Assembly: GCA_030433215.1 (NCBI GenBank)
Contig: JAUIMC010000009.1
Span: forward strand, 62,849 to 126,848
DNA length: 64,000 nt
Source of the DNA: Alphaproteobacteria bacterium
GTDB taxonomy: Bacteria > Pseudomonadota > Alphaproteobacteria > Caulobacterales > Parvularculaceae
Reading direction: 5' to 3'
In this document: positions 8,332 to 18,490 of the stretch, piece after piece
Layout of the letters: every line of letters starts with the position of its first letter
How positions within the stretch are numbered: position 1 is the first letter of the stretch
The notes under the pieces: model-generated
What the model was told of the DNA's origin: nothing
Database searches by the model: none
What the model saw: only the letters and a program-made list of their open reading frames with translations
Position numbers and translations under genes: made by a program

Positions 8332-10740
8332 ATGAACCGGAAAATAAACGCAACCTTCTTTGGATCTACCGCGATTGCGCTCCTGGGGATGGGCGTGCAA
8401 GCCGTTGCCGCCGACGAGGTAATTGTTACCGCAACGAAGAGGGCGCAATCCGAACGCGATGTGCCGCTCTCGATTGAGGCATTCTCTGGCCAGGAATTGA
8501 AAGATATCGGCGCCATTGACTTTGATGACTTCGCCGTCCGCGTCCCGGGGCTTGGTTTCGCCAATTCTGGCCCGGCGAGTTTGCGCGGTAGCTCAGGGGG
8601 AACTGGTCTTAGTATTAACATTCGTGGCTTAGGAGGCACGGGGGGCGCCGGCAGCACATCCACGGCATATTACCTCGATGAGACGCCTGTTCCCTCCCTA
8701 AACCTTAAATTGGTTGATGTTGAGCGCGTTGAGATTCTAAAGGGCCCGCAAGGAACACTGTATGGCGCTCGAGGATTTGGCGGCCTCGTCAAGATCGTTA
8801 CCAATCGACCGCGCATGAATGAGTTCTCTGGTGAAATCGCTGCCAAGATTTCCTTTACTGATGATGGCGGCGTCAATCATGAAGAGGAGCTGATCGTCAA
8901 CATCCCCATCGTTCAGGATACACTCAGTTTTCGCGCGGCAGGGTATTTCGTCCGAAATGAAGGATTTGTCGACCAAATCCCGGCCATCGACGCCTTGGGA
9001 AATGTTGATCAAAGCCTTGCGCAAGAAGACGTTGATGATGAGAAGACCGAAGGCGCGCGTGCGTCCTTACTATTTGAGCCAACTGAGAATTTCACAGCTG
9101 ACTTGAGTTTTATCTACGAGCACCAGGGATTGGATTCCCTAACAATTACCGACCAATTTCTGGCGGATAATTTTGATACATTGGGTACTCTGTCACCCAC
9201 AAAGGAACCGGTAGACAACGATATTTTCAACTACAATGCGACGCTTACTTTTAATGCCGCCGCGTTCGATGTTACATCCTCAACATCCCTATTTAAAGAA
9301 AAGGCATTTAATTCTGAAGATAGGGCGTTCTTAAGCAACTTCTTTGTTGGGCAATTTACCAACCCGCTGGTTGTTGCGTCATTCCTGCCCGCGCTAGAGG
9401 CGGCAAGTCTCATTCCGCCCGGCACCACGGTCGCATCCTCAACAAATACGACCTATTTTCCATTTGGGTCCTTTAATACGAGCGATATTGATACGGAGTC
9501 GTTCATCCAGGAGGTCCGGCTTGCCTCGACGCATGGCGGGCCTTTTCAATGGATGGTCGGCGGGTTTTATGAAGACACAAAGACTGACATAGTATTTTTT
9601 GGCGAAAGCCCTGGCGCAATTGCGGCGGGCACGGTTGCGCTCGATGCGCCGGGCATTGGTCTGATTCCATTCCCTGTGATATCGACCGATGTTGTCATCA
9701 ATAGAAGATCAGATAGATCGACGCGCGAATTGGCCGCATTTTCTGAGCTTAGCTATTCCTTTATGGATGATCTGACATTTACCGCAGGCCTCCGATATTT
9801 CGACACTGAAGTCTCCGCAGGGACTGAAGACTTGTCAGCGAGTGTTTTTGCCCCTGCTATCGGTCCGGCGACATTCAACCAAGCCTCGGAAGATGGCGTT
9901 ACCCCGAAATTTCTTTTAAGCTATCGGGCTTCAGATGACGCGCTGGTTTATGCGCAAGCTGTGAAGGGCTTCCGCATTGGCGGATTTACGGATGCCTCGG
10001 CCGGTACGCCGACTCCTACCTGTCAGAGTGACTTGGCGGGCTTGGGTATTACCGGCGACGGCATCGTAGAATTTGAATCAGACGATCTGTGGACGTATGA
10101 GTTAGGCGCCAAAACATCCTGGATAGATGGGAAGCTGACTATCGATGGCGTGGCCTTTTACAATGATTGGCAAAATCTACAACAAGCCATTTTGGTGCCA
10201 AGTTGCGGTATTAGCGTGACTCAAAATGCCGGGTCGGCGCGTAGTTTCGGTTTTGAAACCGAGCTTTCTGCTGAATTGGCGGAAGGGCTTATGTTCAGTG
10301 TTGCGTACGGCTATTTGGACTCCAAAATTACGGAAAGCGATATAGGCGGCCTGCCTGAGGGATCATCCTTTACATTAGCGCCAGATCATTCCATCGCGAC
10401 TTCGCTTTCTTACTCTGCCCCATTGCCCGGTAGTATGAGTGATTTCGATGGATTTGTACGCGTTGATTACACTTATCAAAGCGATACCACGTTTAATTTC
10501 TTGCAAAACTTCACCAGTCCGCAGCCTGCTTTCGACACTATAAATTTGCGTGCGGGTATTTTCAGAGAAGACTGGCAAGTCAGTGTTTTTGCAGAGAACG
10601 TGGCAAACGAGAGAGCTATTTTGGCTGATACCACGGCTCTGCAAGTGGGCGGCGCGTCCCGCGTTTTAGGAACGGAAAGCCGAAATGTACGTATTATGCG
10701 GCCACGTACAATTGGCGTTTCGCTGCGCGCTAGCTTCTAG
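8332..10740 (+). CDS. TonB-dependent receptor
   Basis: Signal peptide; DEVIVTATKR TonB box; VERVEILKGPQGTLYG plug motif; C-terminal PRTIGVSLRASF. Confidence 0.95.
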   Translation: MNRKINATFFGSTAIALLGMGVQAVAADEVIVTATKRAQSERDVPLSIEAFSGQELKDIGAIDFDDFAVRVPGLGFANSGPASLRGSSGGTGLSINIRGLGGTGGAGSTSTAYYLDETPVPSLNLKLVDVERVEILKGPQGTLYGARGFGGLVKIVTNRPRMNEFSGEIAAKISFTDDGGVNHEEELIVNIPIVQDTLSFRAAGYFVRNEGFVDQIPAIDALGNVDQSLAQEDVDDEKTEGARASLLFEPTENFTADLSFIYEHQGLDSLTITDQFLADNFDTLGTLSPTKEPVDNDIFNYNATLTFNAAAFDVTSSTSLFKEKAFNSEDRAFLSNFFVGQFTNPLVVASFLPALEAASLIPPGTTVASSTNTTYFPFGSFNTSDIDTESFIQEVRLASTHGGPFQWMVGGFYEDTKTDIVFFGESPGAIAAGTVALDAPGIGLIPFPVISTDVVINRRSDRSTRELAAFSELSYSFMDDLTFTAGLRYFDTEVSAGTEDLSASVFAPAIGPATFNQASEDGVTPKFLLSYRASDDALVYAQAVKGFRIGGFTDASAGTPTPTCQSDLAGLGITGDGIVEFESDDLWTYELGAKTSWIDGKLTIDGVAFYNDWQNLQQAILVPSCGISVTQNAGSARSFGFETELSAELAEGLMFSVAYGYLDSKITESDIGGLPEGSSFTLAPDHSIATSLSYSAPLPGSMSDFDGFVRVDYTYQSDTTFNFLQNFTSPQPAFDTINLRAGIFREDWQVSVFAENVANERAILADTTALQVGGASRVLGTESRNVRIMRPRTIGVSLRASF

Positions 10741-10754
10741 TTCGATCAAGTGGG

Positions 10755-10787
10755 AGGACCGCTTCTAATATGAAGCGGTCCTATTTT
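10755..10787 (+). terminator. Rho-independent terminator
   Basis: AGGACCGCTTC-TAATAT-GAAGCGGTCCT followed by ATTTT, just after the TBDR stop. Confidence 0.75.
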
Positions 10788-11167
10788 GTCTGGCCATTTG
10801 GTGGTCTGAGTTATTGAGCGGACCTGAGCGAATAGTGAGATTCGGCCAATTTAAATGTAGATCATTCCATCCTGACCGAAGGGCCCGCAGTTGCCATATG
10901 AGTGCGCATTCCAGGGGTGGTGCCTCGGCGAACGGGAATGATGCGGAGCAATCCGGTGAGAAAGCGAAAAGGGTCTTGAAAAGCAGTTGCGAGAATGTCT
11001 TGACATACGGTTCGCCGAAAAGCGCGTTTGGACAGTCAGACTTGACGGTCTTTTATAGATATCTCTCATGGATGCGGCCGCTAGAATTCTAGTTTGCTGA
11101 CTGACTTGCCAACTGCGTTAAATGCGAGCCCTACATTGGTGAATTAGACCGGGAAATAAAGTAAATT

Positions 11168-13330
11168 ATGTTGATAATTGATACTTTGCAGATCGCAGCG
11201 CTGGGCGTTTTTGTTCTCGTATGGTGGCTGCGGGCCTTGCCTCATCGTGATCTCTCTCTGGCTATCTCGGCGACGCTTATTATCGGAATTAGCGTGTTGG
11301 GCATTATGATTGACCGGTGGCAAGTCGGCGTCGGCGGCGCTGTCGGGGGCGTCGCAATTTTGACGCTGCTCATCAACAAAGTCCGCAGGGCTGAGAGAAA
11401 GTCTAACGTTCCTGTCTTGTCCGGTTCGTTATTTTCTTTACTGGCGGGATTGTCCATCTTGATGATTCATTGGTTTCCTGTTCGGGATTTGCCGGCGCCC
11501 ACGGGGGAGTATGCTGTGGGCGTGCTCGATTTCGAGCTAGTAGATAGCGAGCGAAAAGGCGTGCTTCTGGCGAGCGCGGAAGAGCCGCGTCGTTTGCTGG
11601 TGCGTGTTTGGTATCCGGCCGAGAACATCGACGGTATAAAGCCGCGACCTTATTATACTAAGGAGGAACGAGGCACGACAGCCGGCTGGCTCGGCGGTGC
11701 TTTGGGTATGCCGTTTATCTTTAAATACATGGCGTATGCGAAGACAAATTCATATGAGAATGCGCCGTTGCTCGCAGGCGCGGCTAGTTTGCCGACTATT
11801 ATTTATAGCCATGGCTACATGTCGTTCGCGGGACAAAATACGGTGCTGATGGAAGAGTTGGCCAGTTACGGCTATGTGGTTTATTCAGTACAGCATACCT
11901 ATGAATCAGCGGCGACGGTCTTTCCCAATGGCGATATTGTCAAACCTGATTCCAATATTTTGAACGAAATAATCGAAGACGCGACCAGCGAGGATATCGC
12001 CCAGTCGACCAAAGACGCCTTTGGCGGCGAAACTTTTGATATTAGACGGGCCGGGCAAGTCAGAATGCGTGAAAAAGCGATCGCCAAAGGCGGCCGCATA
12101 GTGACTCGTAGCGCTCCCATTTGGATCGCCGACAGGATTTTTGTGCACGATGCTTTAGAGAAAGGCGAGGCGCCCGCGGCGGTTGCGGATATTGTCGCCT
12201 CCAGCAATCTTCAGCATACCGGCGAACTCGGTATGTCGTTCGGCGGCTCCACGACCGGCGGTGTATGTCTTGTAGACAGGCGGTGTGTGGCCGCTGCTAA
12301 TCTCGACGGTGGTAACGTTCATGTTCCCATTGATGTGAATATGCCGGCGCCTTTTATGATGTTTTATTCAGATTATCAAAAAATCGCTGCGCAAGCCTCC
12401 GGCGACAAAAGTATCACCGGCCACGGATTCAATGATTTCTTTTATGAACGTCACGAAACGGCCGGCTTGCGCAAGGATGTTTACCGGTTGAAGGTCAATG
12501 GCGCGGCCCATTTGGGTGTCAGTGATTTTACGTGGTTTTTACGACGCCCTCTGCGGGATAGACTTTTCGGCACGGTTGACGACAGAGACATGCTCTCTAT
12601 TCAAAATGATTTTGTGTTAGGGTTTTTTGATAAGCATTTAAAGCACATAAAAAGCGATTTTCCGGATGCTCAGTTTGCCAAGCATAAAAAATGGGTTGTA
12701 CGCGATGGCCTCTCGGATTTACGCAAATGGTGGCTTGAGCTGCATCCGGAGGATGAGACTGTTCAAGTCGTGCTGGAAACTTCGTTAGGCGATATCGAGA
12801 TTGCGCTTTATCCAAAGCGCGCTCCGGCCGCTGTCGGAAATTTCCTGACTCATGTGGAAGCCAAGTATTTTGACGGCGCTACTTTCTATCCAGCGAACGA
12901 AACAGCGGTCGACCAGAATGGCGACATTGCGCAAAGCGGGCTGACCGGACTTTTCATCACGAAAAGCGCGGACGAATTGGCTTTATATGACGGGCTTTCG
13001 CCGCCGAAAGCCCCGGAGACGACAGTGCAGACCGGCATTCCTAATGAAAGAGGCGTTCTCTCATACGTCCGTGGCGCGCCCGGAAGGGCCGAAGCTTCAT
13101 TCTTCATCAACACGCATGGCGAAATAAATTCCGATACGACCGAGCCTTTAAGTGGGCTTGAATATGTAACATTTGGTCGCGTCTTAAGGGGCGTGCGTAT
13201 TCTGGGCAGTATGCGGCAAAGCCGCGCCGGTGGGCCGACCGACGCCGACAATCTAAAAAGTCAATTCCCGATCGAGCCAGTAAAAATAAAGCGCGCATAT
13301 CGTGTCGATAAATCAAGACGGGGATCATGA
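11168..13330 (+). CDS. Membrane-anchored PAF-acetylhydrolase-like alpha/beta hydrolase fused to a C-terminal cyclophilin-like domain
   Basis: N-terminal TM helices; RRLLVRVWYPA, SHGY...EELASYGYVV, GMSFGG (nucleophile), NLDG, GAAHLGVSD. From ~12755: VVLETSLGDIEIALYPKRAPAAVGNFL..VEAKYFDGATF, ERGVLSYVR, SFFIN, YVTFGRVLRG. Confidence 0.8.
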   Translation: MLIIDTLQIAALGVFVLVWWLRALPHRDLSLAISATLIIGISVLGIMIDRWQVGVGGAVGGVAILTLLINKVRRAERKSNVPVLSGSLFSLLAGLSILMIHWFPVRDLPAPTGEYAVGVLDFELVDSERKGVLLASAEEPRRLLVRVWYPAENIDGIKPRPYYTKEERGTTAGWLGGALGMPFIFKYMAYAKTNSYENAPLLAGAASLPTIIYSHGYMSFAGQNTVLMEELASYGYVVYSVQHTYESAATVFPNGDIVKPDSNILNEIIEDATSEDIAQSTKDAFGGETFDIRRAGQVRMREKAIAKGGRIVTRSAPIWIADRIFVHDALEKGEAPAAVADIVASSNLQHTGELGMSFGGSTTGGVCLVDRRCVAAANLDGGNVHVPIDVNMPAPFMMFYSDYQKIAAQASGDKSITGHGFNDFFYERHETAGLRKDVYRLKVNGAAHLGVSDFTWFLRRPLRDRLFGTVDDRDMLSIQNDFVLGFFDKHLKHIKSDFPDAQFAKHKKWVVRDGLSDLRKWWLELHPEDETVQVVLETSLGDIEIALYPKRAPAAVGNFLTHVEAKYFDGATFYPANETAVDQNGDIAQSGLTGLFITKSADELALYDGLSPPKAPETTVQTGIPNERGVLSYVRGAPGRAEASFFINTHGEINSDTTEPLSGLEYVTFGRVLRGVRILGSMRQSRAGGPTDADNLKSQFPIEPVKIKRAYRVDKSRRGS

Positions 13331-14637
13331 TCAATTCTGATCCGCCAGGTAGGCACTCCAACGACGCCTCTTTTTCTGCTGGTTATACGACCTACGCAAT
13401 CTCGCTTTTGTTCGTGATCAATATGGTCAACTACATGGACCGTATGGTTTTGTCCGTGTTGTTGCCGTCTATTAAGGCCGATCTTGGTTTGTCGGATAGC
13501 CAGCTTGGCTGGCTCACGGGGATGGCGTTTGCACTTTTTTACGGCACCGCAGGGATTCCGATTGCGCGCTTGGCTGATGTCTGGATCCGCAAGCACGTGA
13601 TTGCAATTTCAATGGTTGGCTGGAGCGCCATGACCATGTTGTCCGGCGCGACGAGCAACTTCGCCACTATTTTGCTGGCGCGTATAGGGGTGGGGCTAGG
13701 TGAGGCGGGATGCATTCCGCCGGGTCATTCTGTGATTTCTGATCTGACTCCGCAAGAGAAGCGCGCCGGAGCGCTCGCTGTTTTTACGGCCGGTTCGACC
13801 GTCGGTATGATCGTTGGGCTATCGCTTGGCGGGTGGCTTTCAGAGCAGGTCGGCTGGCGCTGGACTTTCGTTATTTTCGGTGCACCAGGTGTGTTGTTGG
13901 CAATCATGGTGATGCTCACAATGAGGGAGCCTCCACGAGGCCAATTTGATGGCGGTCCGTCGCAAACAAACCTTACGACAAGAGAAGTTGTCTTTGGTTT
14001 GTTTTCCAGACCATCATATTTGCATTTGATTGTAGGTTACGGGCTAATTACTTTTGTGACCTTTGGTTTTGCGCAATGGTTGCCAACTTATTATATGCGG
14101 ACTTTCGGCCTTTCTATGACGGCTATCGGCATGCTTACCGGTTTCGGTCTTGGTGCAGGAATGACCATTGGCACTCTTGTTGGCGGGGCGATTGCGAATC
14201 GTTTGATGCCCAAAGACATGCGCTGGGGATTGTGGATCGGCATGATCGGATTAGTCGTGTCGGTTCTACTGTTTTCTATCCTCGTGAATGCATACGATTA
14301 CCGCATCGCGTTTGCCGCGCATTTTCTGCAAGCCTCTATTATTGGCATGGCGAATGGTCCGATATTTGCGACGTTGCAGGCGGTTGCGCGCCCTGGCGAA
14401 CGGGCGACTGCCTCTGCTATCGCCGCCTTCGCGGCCAGCCTAATTGGGCTTGGCGGCGGGCCTTTAGTGGTCGGCTATCTCAGTGATTTCTTTGCGGGGG
14501 CAGGCGCCGAAAATCCCCTACGTAATGCGCTCGCGGTCGCTGGTGTTCTTCCGCTTTGGCCGATTATTCATCTGGTTTTTGCGAGCCGAACCCTGAAAGC
14601 CGATATCGCGAAGGTCGCTAGCGATTCATACAGGTAG
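13327..14637 (+). CDS. MFS transporter, Spinster-like
   Basis: VNYMDRMVLSVLLPSIKADLGLSDSQLGWL; ARIGVGLGEAG; ~12 TM helices. Confidence 0.9.
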   Translation: MINSDPPGRHSNDASFSAGYTTYAISLLFVINMVNYMDRMVLSVLLPSIKADLGLSDSQLGWLTGMAFALFYGTAGIPIARLADVWIRKHVIAISMVGWSAMTMLSGATSNFATILLARIGVGLGEAGCIPPGHSVISDLTPQEKRAGALAVFTAGSTVGMIVGLSLGGWLSEQVGWRWTFVIFGAPGVLLAIMVMLTMREPPRGQFDGGPSQTNLTTREVVFGLFSRPSYLHLIVGYGLITFVTFGFAQWLPTYYMRTFGLSMTAIGMLTGFGLGAGMTIGTLVGGAIANRLMPKDMRWGLWIGMIGLVVSVLLFSILVNAYDYRIAFAAHFLQASIIGMANGPIFATLQAVARPGERATASAIAAFAASLIGLGGGPLVVGYLSDFFAGAGAENPLRNALAVAGVLPLWPIIHLVFASRTLKADIAKVASDSYR

Positions 14638-14656
14638 AAGTATGGGAGAAGGTTGG

Positions 14657-15607
14657 ATGAAGCGTCGAGAGTTCATTACGAATGCGGCAGGGCTGAGTGC
14701 GATGTCGCTTTCTGTTCAAGCGGCGAAAGCGCAAGAGACCGTCAATGCGCCGGGCGGATTTCAATCCACTGGTCAGGCTTGGCCGGTGCGCGATACGGAC
14801 GCGTACACAGTTTACTCAAAATCTGTCGGCGACACCATGGCTGTCGGCGTTTGGCAGCCGCCAAAACGATTTCTCGATGCGCGCGAAAATCCTGAGGCGC
14901 CGTTAGACGTATTATATGTGCTAGACGCGTCATGGGCTTTTGGCGTTTCATCTACTGTTTGCATGCTTGCGCTTGCGGATTCAATTAGGCCAGGCTTTCC
15001 GCCGTTGATGCTCGTCGGCGTGGATTATGCCGTTGGAGATGTTAACGCCCGTTCACGCGACTACACGATGCCTAGTTCCATTCCACAGGACATGGCGAAG
15101 AAATTTGCTTCCTCGCCAAAGACCGCTATTGGCGGCGCGGAAAAGTTTCTGGCGTTTCTTGAAGGTGAGCTCGACCCATTTATTCGCTCAAATTACAATA
15201 CGACGAACAATCGGGCCGGCTTATTGGGTGACTCATTCGGCGGGACGTTTGCGTTCTATGCATTTTTGAACCAATCGAAACTCTTCGACCGTTACTGGAT
15301 CGGCAGCCCCGGAATTTTTCCAACGGAGTCTGATTATGCGGAGCAATTCGAGGTGCTTATCGCGAGCAAGCTCAGACATGATGCGAAAATGTTTTTAAGT
15401 TTGGGCTCCAAAGAGGCGAATGGCGGCGTCAATATTTATGAACAAACGGGGAGGTTTTATAACCAAATAGTTGGGTCGCTCAATAGGTTTCCGAATAAGC
15501 AACTGACGTGGGCGGCAAAGACCTATGCGGGACACACCCATACGAGCGTGGTAATCCCGGCGATGAGTGACGCACTCCTATATCTTTATGGGTCTTATCA
15601 GCCCTAA
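14657..15607 (+). CDS. Tat-exported alpha/beta hydrolase (IroE/BesA-like putative esterase)
   Basis: MKRREFITNAAGLSA twin-arginine signal; VLYVLDA, RSRDYT, GGAEKFLAFL..EL.PFI, GDSFGG nucleophile, GHTH. Confidence 0.82.
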   Translation: MKRREFITNAAGLSAMSLSVQAAKAQETVNAPGGFQSTGQAWPVRDTDAYTVYSKSVGDTMAVGVWQPPKRFLDARENPEAPLDVLYVLDASWAFGVSSTVCMLALADSIRPGFPPLMLVGVDYAVGDVNARSRDYTMPSSIPQDMAKKFASSPKTAIGGAEKFLAFLEGELDPFIRSNYNTTNNRAGLLGDSFGGTFAFYAFLNQSKLFDRYWIGSPGIFPTESDYAEQFEVLIASKLRHDAKMFLSLGSKEANGGVNIYEQTGRFYNQIVGSLNRFPNKQLTWAAKTYAGHTHTSVVIPAMSDALLYLYGSYQP

Positions 15608-15682
15608 TCGCGCTGCCGACGAAATTGGCCGCATCTTCAGGATTTTGGCGCGCATAATGCGGTAGACAGATAAAAGGGACGT

Positions 15683-16933
15683 ATGATGACTTCGACAAAT
15701 TGGATTTTACGTAATGCGAGATATTTCGACGGGTTTTCCGAAGGTCTTCATGAGAGCGTGGACATTGTTGTCGAGCGCGGCGTCATTCGCGATATTGAGA
15801 AGGGCGCTGCGAAGCCGGATGGCTTTGACGAGATTGATTTAGCGGGCCTGACCTTGCTGCCGGGGTTGATCGATAATCACACGCATGTATACGCGTCTGA
15901 GCTTAACCTCACCAGCAACATGCGCCGCCCCTGGACGTATCTTGCTCATCATGCGACGAGGGTTTTGAAGCAGGCTTTAAGCAACGGCTTCACCAGCATT
16001 CGCGATGTCGGCGGCGGGGACCACGGTCTCGCTCAGGCGATTGAAGCCGGCATAGTCGAAGGGCCGCGGCTGTTTTACGGCGGCCGCATTCTTTCTCAAT
16101 CGGGCGGTCATGCGGATTGGCGCCCGCCTTCCGAAAATGATCCGACGGTCCATATTTGCAATTGCGGCGCGATCGATCAGAAAATGTCGGTGCTCGCCGA
16201 CGGCAAGGAAGGCGTCATCAAGGCAGTGCGCGAAGAGCTGCGCCACGGAGCGAGCCATATCAAGATTTTGGCATCCGGCGGTGTCGCATCGCCTTCAGAC
16301 CCTGTGGACGACCTCCAATATTCAGATGAAGAAATCACAGCCATCGTCGATGAATGCAAAAGACGGCATGTTTATGTAGCGGCGCATTGTATTCCAGCCA
16401 AATCCATTGAACGGTCCGTACGGCTGGGCGTGCGGTCCATCGAACATGGCGCCCTGATCGACGAGGCGACCGCTGCCTATGTGGCGAAAAGCGATGCTTA
16501 TATCGTGCCCACGATGGCAGTTATTTATGCCTTCCACAAGGATGGGGGCGCGCTCGGCCTGCCCCCGGCGAGCGTGGTGAAAATCAATGAGACCTATGAC
16601 CGCGCTATGGCAAGCCTCGGCATAATGAAGAAAGCCGGTTGCCGGCTCGGCTTCGGGACTGATTTGCTGGGGCCTCAATATGAACGGCAGGGAACAGAGT
16701 TTATCTTGCGCAAAGATACATTCTCGCCAGTCGAAATATTGCGGCAGGCCACGAGCATGAATGCGGAGATCCTGCAGCAGGAAGGAAGACTCGGCTGCAT
16801 AAAGCCGGGCGCCCATGCGGATTTGATCGCCGTCAATGGCAATCCACTGGAGGATATTGAACTTCTTTCTCGCAATGGCGAGACGCTTTCCCTTATCATG
16901 AAGGGCGGGCGAGTGATGAAAAATGGTATATAA
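15683..16933 (+). CDS. Binuclear metal amidohydrolase (Xaa-Pro dipeptidase/ochratoxinase-like subfamily)
   Basis: LPGLIDNHTH, GFTSIRDVGG, SQSGGHAD, IKILASGGV, AAHC, SIEHG, FGTD. Confidence 0.85.
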   Translation: MMTSTNWILRNARYFDGFSEGLHESVDIVVERGVIRDIEKGAAKPDGFDEIDLAGLTLLPGLIDNHTHVYASELNLTSNMRRPWTYLAHHATRVLKQALSNGFTSIRDVGGGDHGLAQAIEAGIVEGPRLFYGGRILSQSGGHADWRPPSENDPTVHICNCGAIDQKMSVLADGKEGVIKAVREELRHGASHIKILASGGVASPSDPVDDLQYSDEEITAIVDECKRRHVYVAAHCIPAKSIERSVRLGVRSIEHGALIDEATAAYVAKSDAYIVPTMAVIYAFHKDGGALGLPPASVVKINETYDRAMASLGIMKKAGCRLGFGTDLLGPQYERQGTEFILRKDTFSPVEILRQATSMNAEILQQEGRLGCIKPGAHADLIAVNGNPLEDIELLSRNGETLSLIMKGGRVMKNGI

Positions 16934-16977
16934 AAGGCGCCACTAAGAGAGGCGATGATGAAGAGGAAGGCGCGCGG

Positions 16978-18357
16978 ATGAGTTTGGCGCAAGAGACGGC
17001 GGCGGCGCTTCAGAAGATTTTTAACGACCGTTTCACGACGTCGCGCGGAATATGCGCGGAGCATGGAACGGATATCTCGCATTTTGAACCGCAACCGCCG
17101 GATGCGGTGGTGTTTCCCGAAACGACCGAAGAAGTGCGGGCGGCGGTCAAAGCCTGTGCGGCGACGGGGACGCCGATCGTGCCCTATGGTGCGGGAACAT
17201 CCCTTGAGGGCAACATCCATGCGCTGAAGGGCGGTGTGACTTTCGATCTGTCGCGTATGGACAAGATCTTCTCGGTTAATCAGGAAGACCTGGATGTCGT
17301 CGTACAACCGGGCGTGAGGCGCGTACAGCTTAATGAATATCTGCGCGATACTGGACTATTCTTTCCAATTGACCCTGGCGCCGACGCCACTCTCGGCGGT
17401 ATGGCCTCAACCAGAGCCTCCGGCACCAATGCGGTGCGCTACGGCACCATGAAAGAAAATGTCTTAAGCCTGGAAGTTGTGACGCCTTCCGGGGAGATCG
17501 TTCGCACATCGAGGCGTGCACGAAAATCTTCGGCGGGCTATGATCTGACCAGACTTTATGTCGGTTCGGAAGGAACGCTGGGTGTGATTACAGAGGTCAC
17601 GCTCAAACTTTACGGCATTCCCGAGACAATTCTTTCAGCCGTTTGTGCGTTCGATACTTTCGAAGGCGCGATTCAGTCTGTAATCGAAACCATACAAATC
17701 GGCGTGCCGCTGGCGCGAATCGAGTTTCTCGATGAAGATACGATCAAGGCCGTCAACCATGTCTCAAAATTGAGCCTTGCGGAAAAGCCCACCCTGTTTC
17801 TGGAATTCCACGGAACGGCCCATGCCGTTGACGAACAGGTGAAGACGGCGAAAGAGATCATGACCGCAAATAGCGGTAAGAACTTCCAATGGGCCGAAAA
17901 GGCGGAGGAGCGTACTGCCTTATGGCAGGCCCGTCACGACGCCGCGCTGTCTATTTCGGCTTACGCGACCGGGACGCGCCAATGGTGGACCGATGTGTGC
18001 GTGCCGATTTCAAAACTGGCGGCGTGCATTGCGGAGACAAAAAAAGATATCCGCGCCACAGGCCTTTTCGCACCGATGCTTGGCCATGTCGGAGATGGAA
18101 ACTTTCATCTCGGCATATGCGCCAAGGACGGCGACGAAGAAGAGTTTAAGAAGGCCGACGCTTTGCACCATCGTCTTATCCAGCGGGCGGTTTCAATGGA
18201 CGGCACTTCTACGGGCGAACACGGGATAGGTCGTGGAAAAATAGAGTACCTTGAAGAGGAACTGGGCGCCGCCGTACCCATCATGCGCAGCGTCAAGCGA
18301 GCGCTCGACCCCGAGAACATCATGAATCCGGGAAAAATTCTGAAGCCTCTTCAGTAA
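16978..18357 (+). CDS. FAD-linked D-2-hydroxyacid dehydrogenase (D-lactate dehydrogenase/GlcD family)
   Basis: PYGAGTSLEG, FPIDPGADATLGGMASTRASGTNAVRYG, GYDLTRLYVGSEGTLG, GHVGDGNFH, TGEHGIGRGK, LDPENIMNPGK. Confidence 0.9.
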   Translation: MSLAQETAAALQKIFNDRFTTSRGICAEHGTDISHFEPQPPDAVVFPETTEEVRAAVKACAATGTPIVPYGAGTSLEGNIHALKGGVTFDLSRMDKIFSVNQEDLDVVVQPGVRRVQLNEYLRDTGLFFPIDPGADATLGGMASTRASGTNAVRYGTMKENVLSLEVVTPSGEIVRTSRRARKSSAGYDLTRLYVGSEGTLGVITEVTLKLYGIPETILSAVCAFDTFEGAIQSVIETIQIGVPLARIEFLDEDTIKAVNHVSKLSLAEKPTLFLEFHGTAHAVDEQVKTAKEIMTANSGKNFQWAEKAEERTALWQARHDAALSISAYATGTRQWWTDVCVPISKLAACIAETKKDIRATGLFAPMLGHVGDGNFHLGICAKDGDEEEFKKADALHHRLIQRAVSMDGTSTGEHGIGRGKIEYLEEELGAAVPIMRSVKRALDPENIMNPGKILKPLQ

Positions 18358-18490
18358 AACCACTATGCCGCTTATGATTTCAGAAAAAGCCGACCGTTAT
18401 GAATAGTGGCGTAAAAGGACTTTCACGCTTTGGGCTGAAGCCTCATCCTCACCGTGAATTTCTTCTGCATGAAGCTCACGCTCGTCCTTT

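Noticed and set aside
11074-11092. GCGGCCGC (NotI) next to CTAGAATTCTAG (EcoRI), resembling a cloning linker
   Set aside because: No other vector or marker sequence nearby. The 12-bp palindrome is more plausibly chance or an operator ~75 bp upstream of the hydrolase gene.
10800-11100. Small ORFs between the TBDR terminator and the hydrolase gene
   Set aside because: No recognisable motifs or RBS; likely promoter region or decayed sequence.
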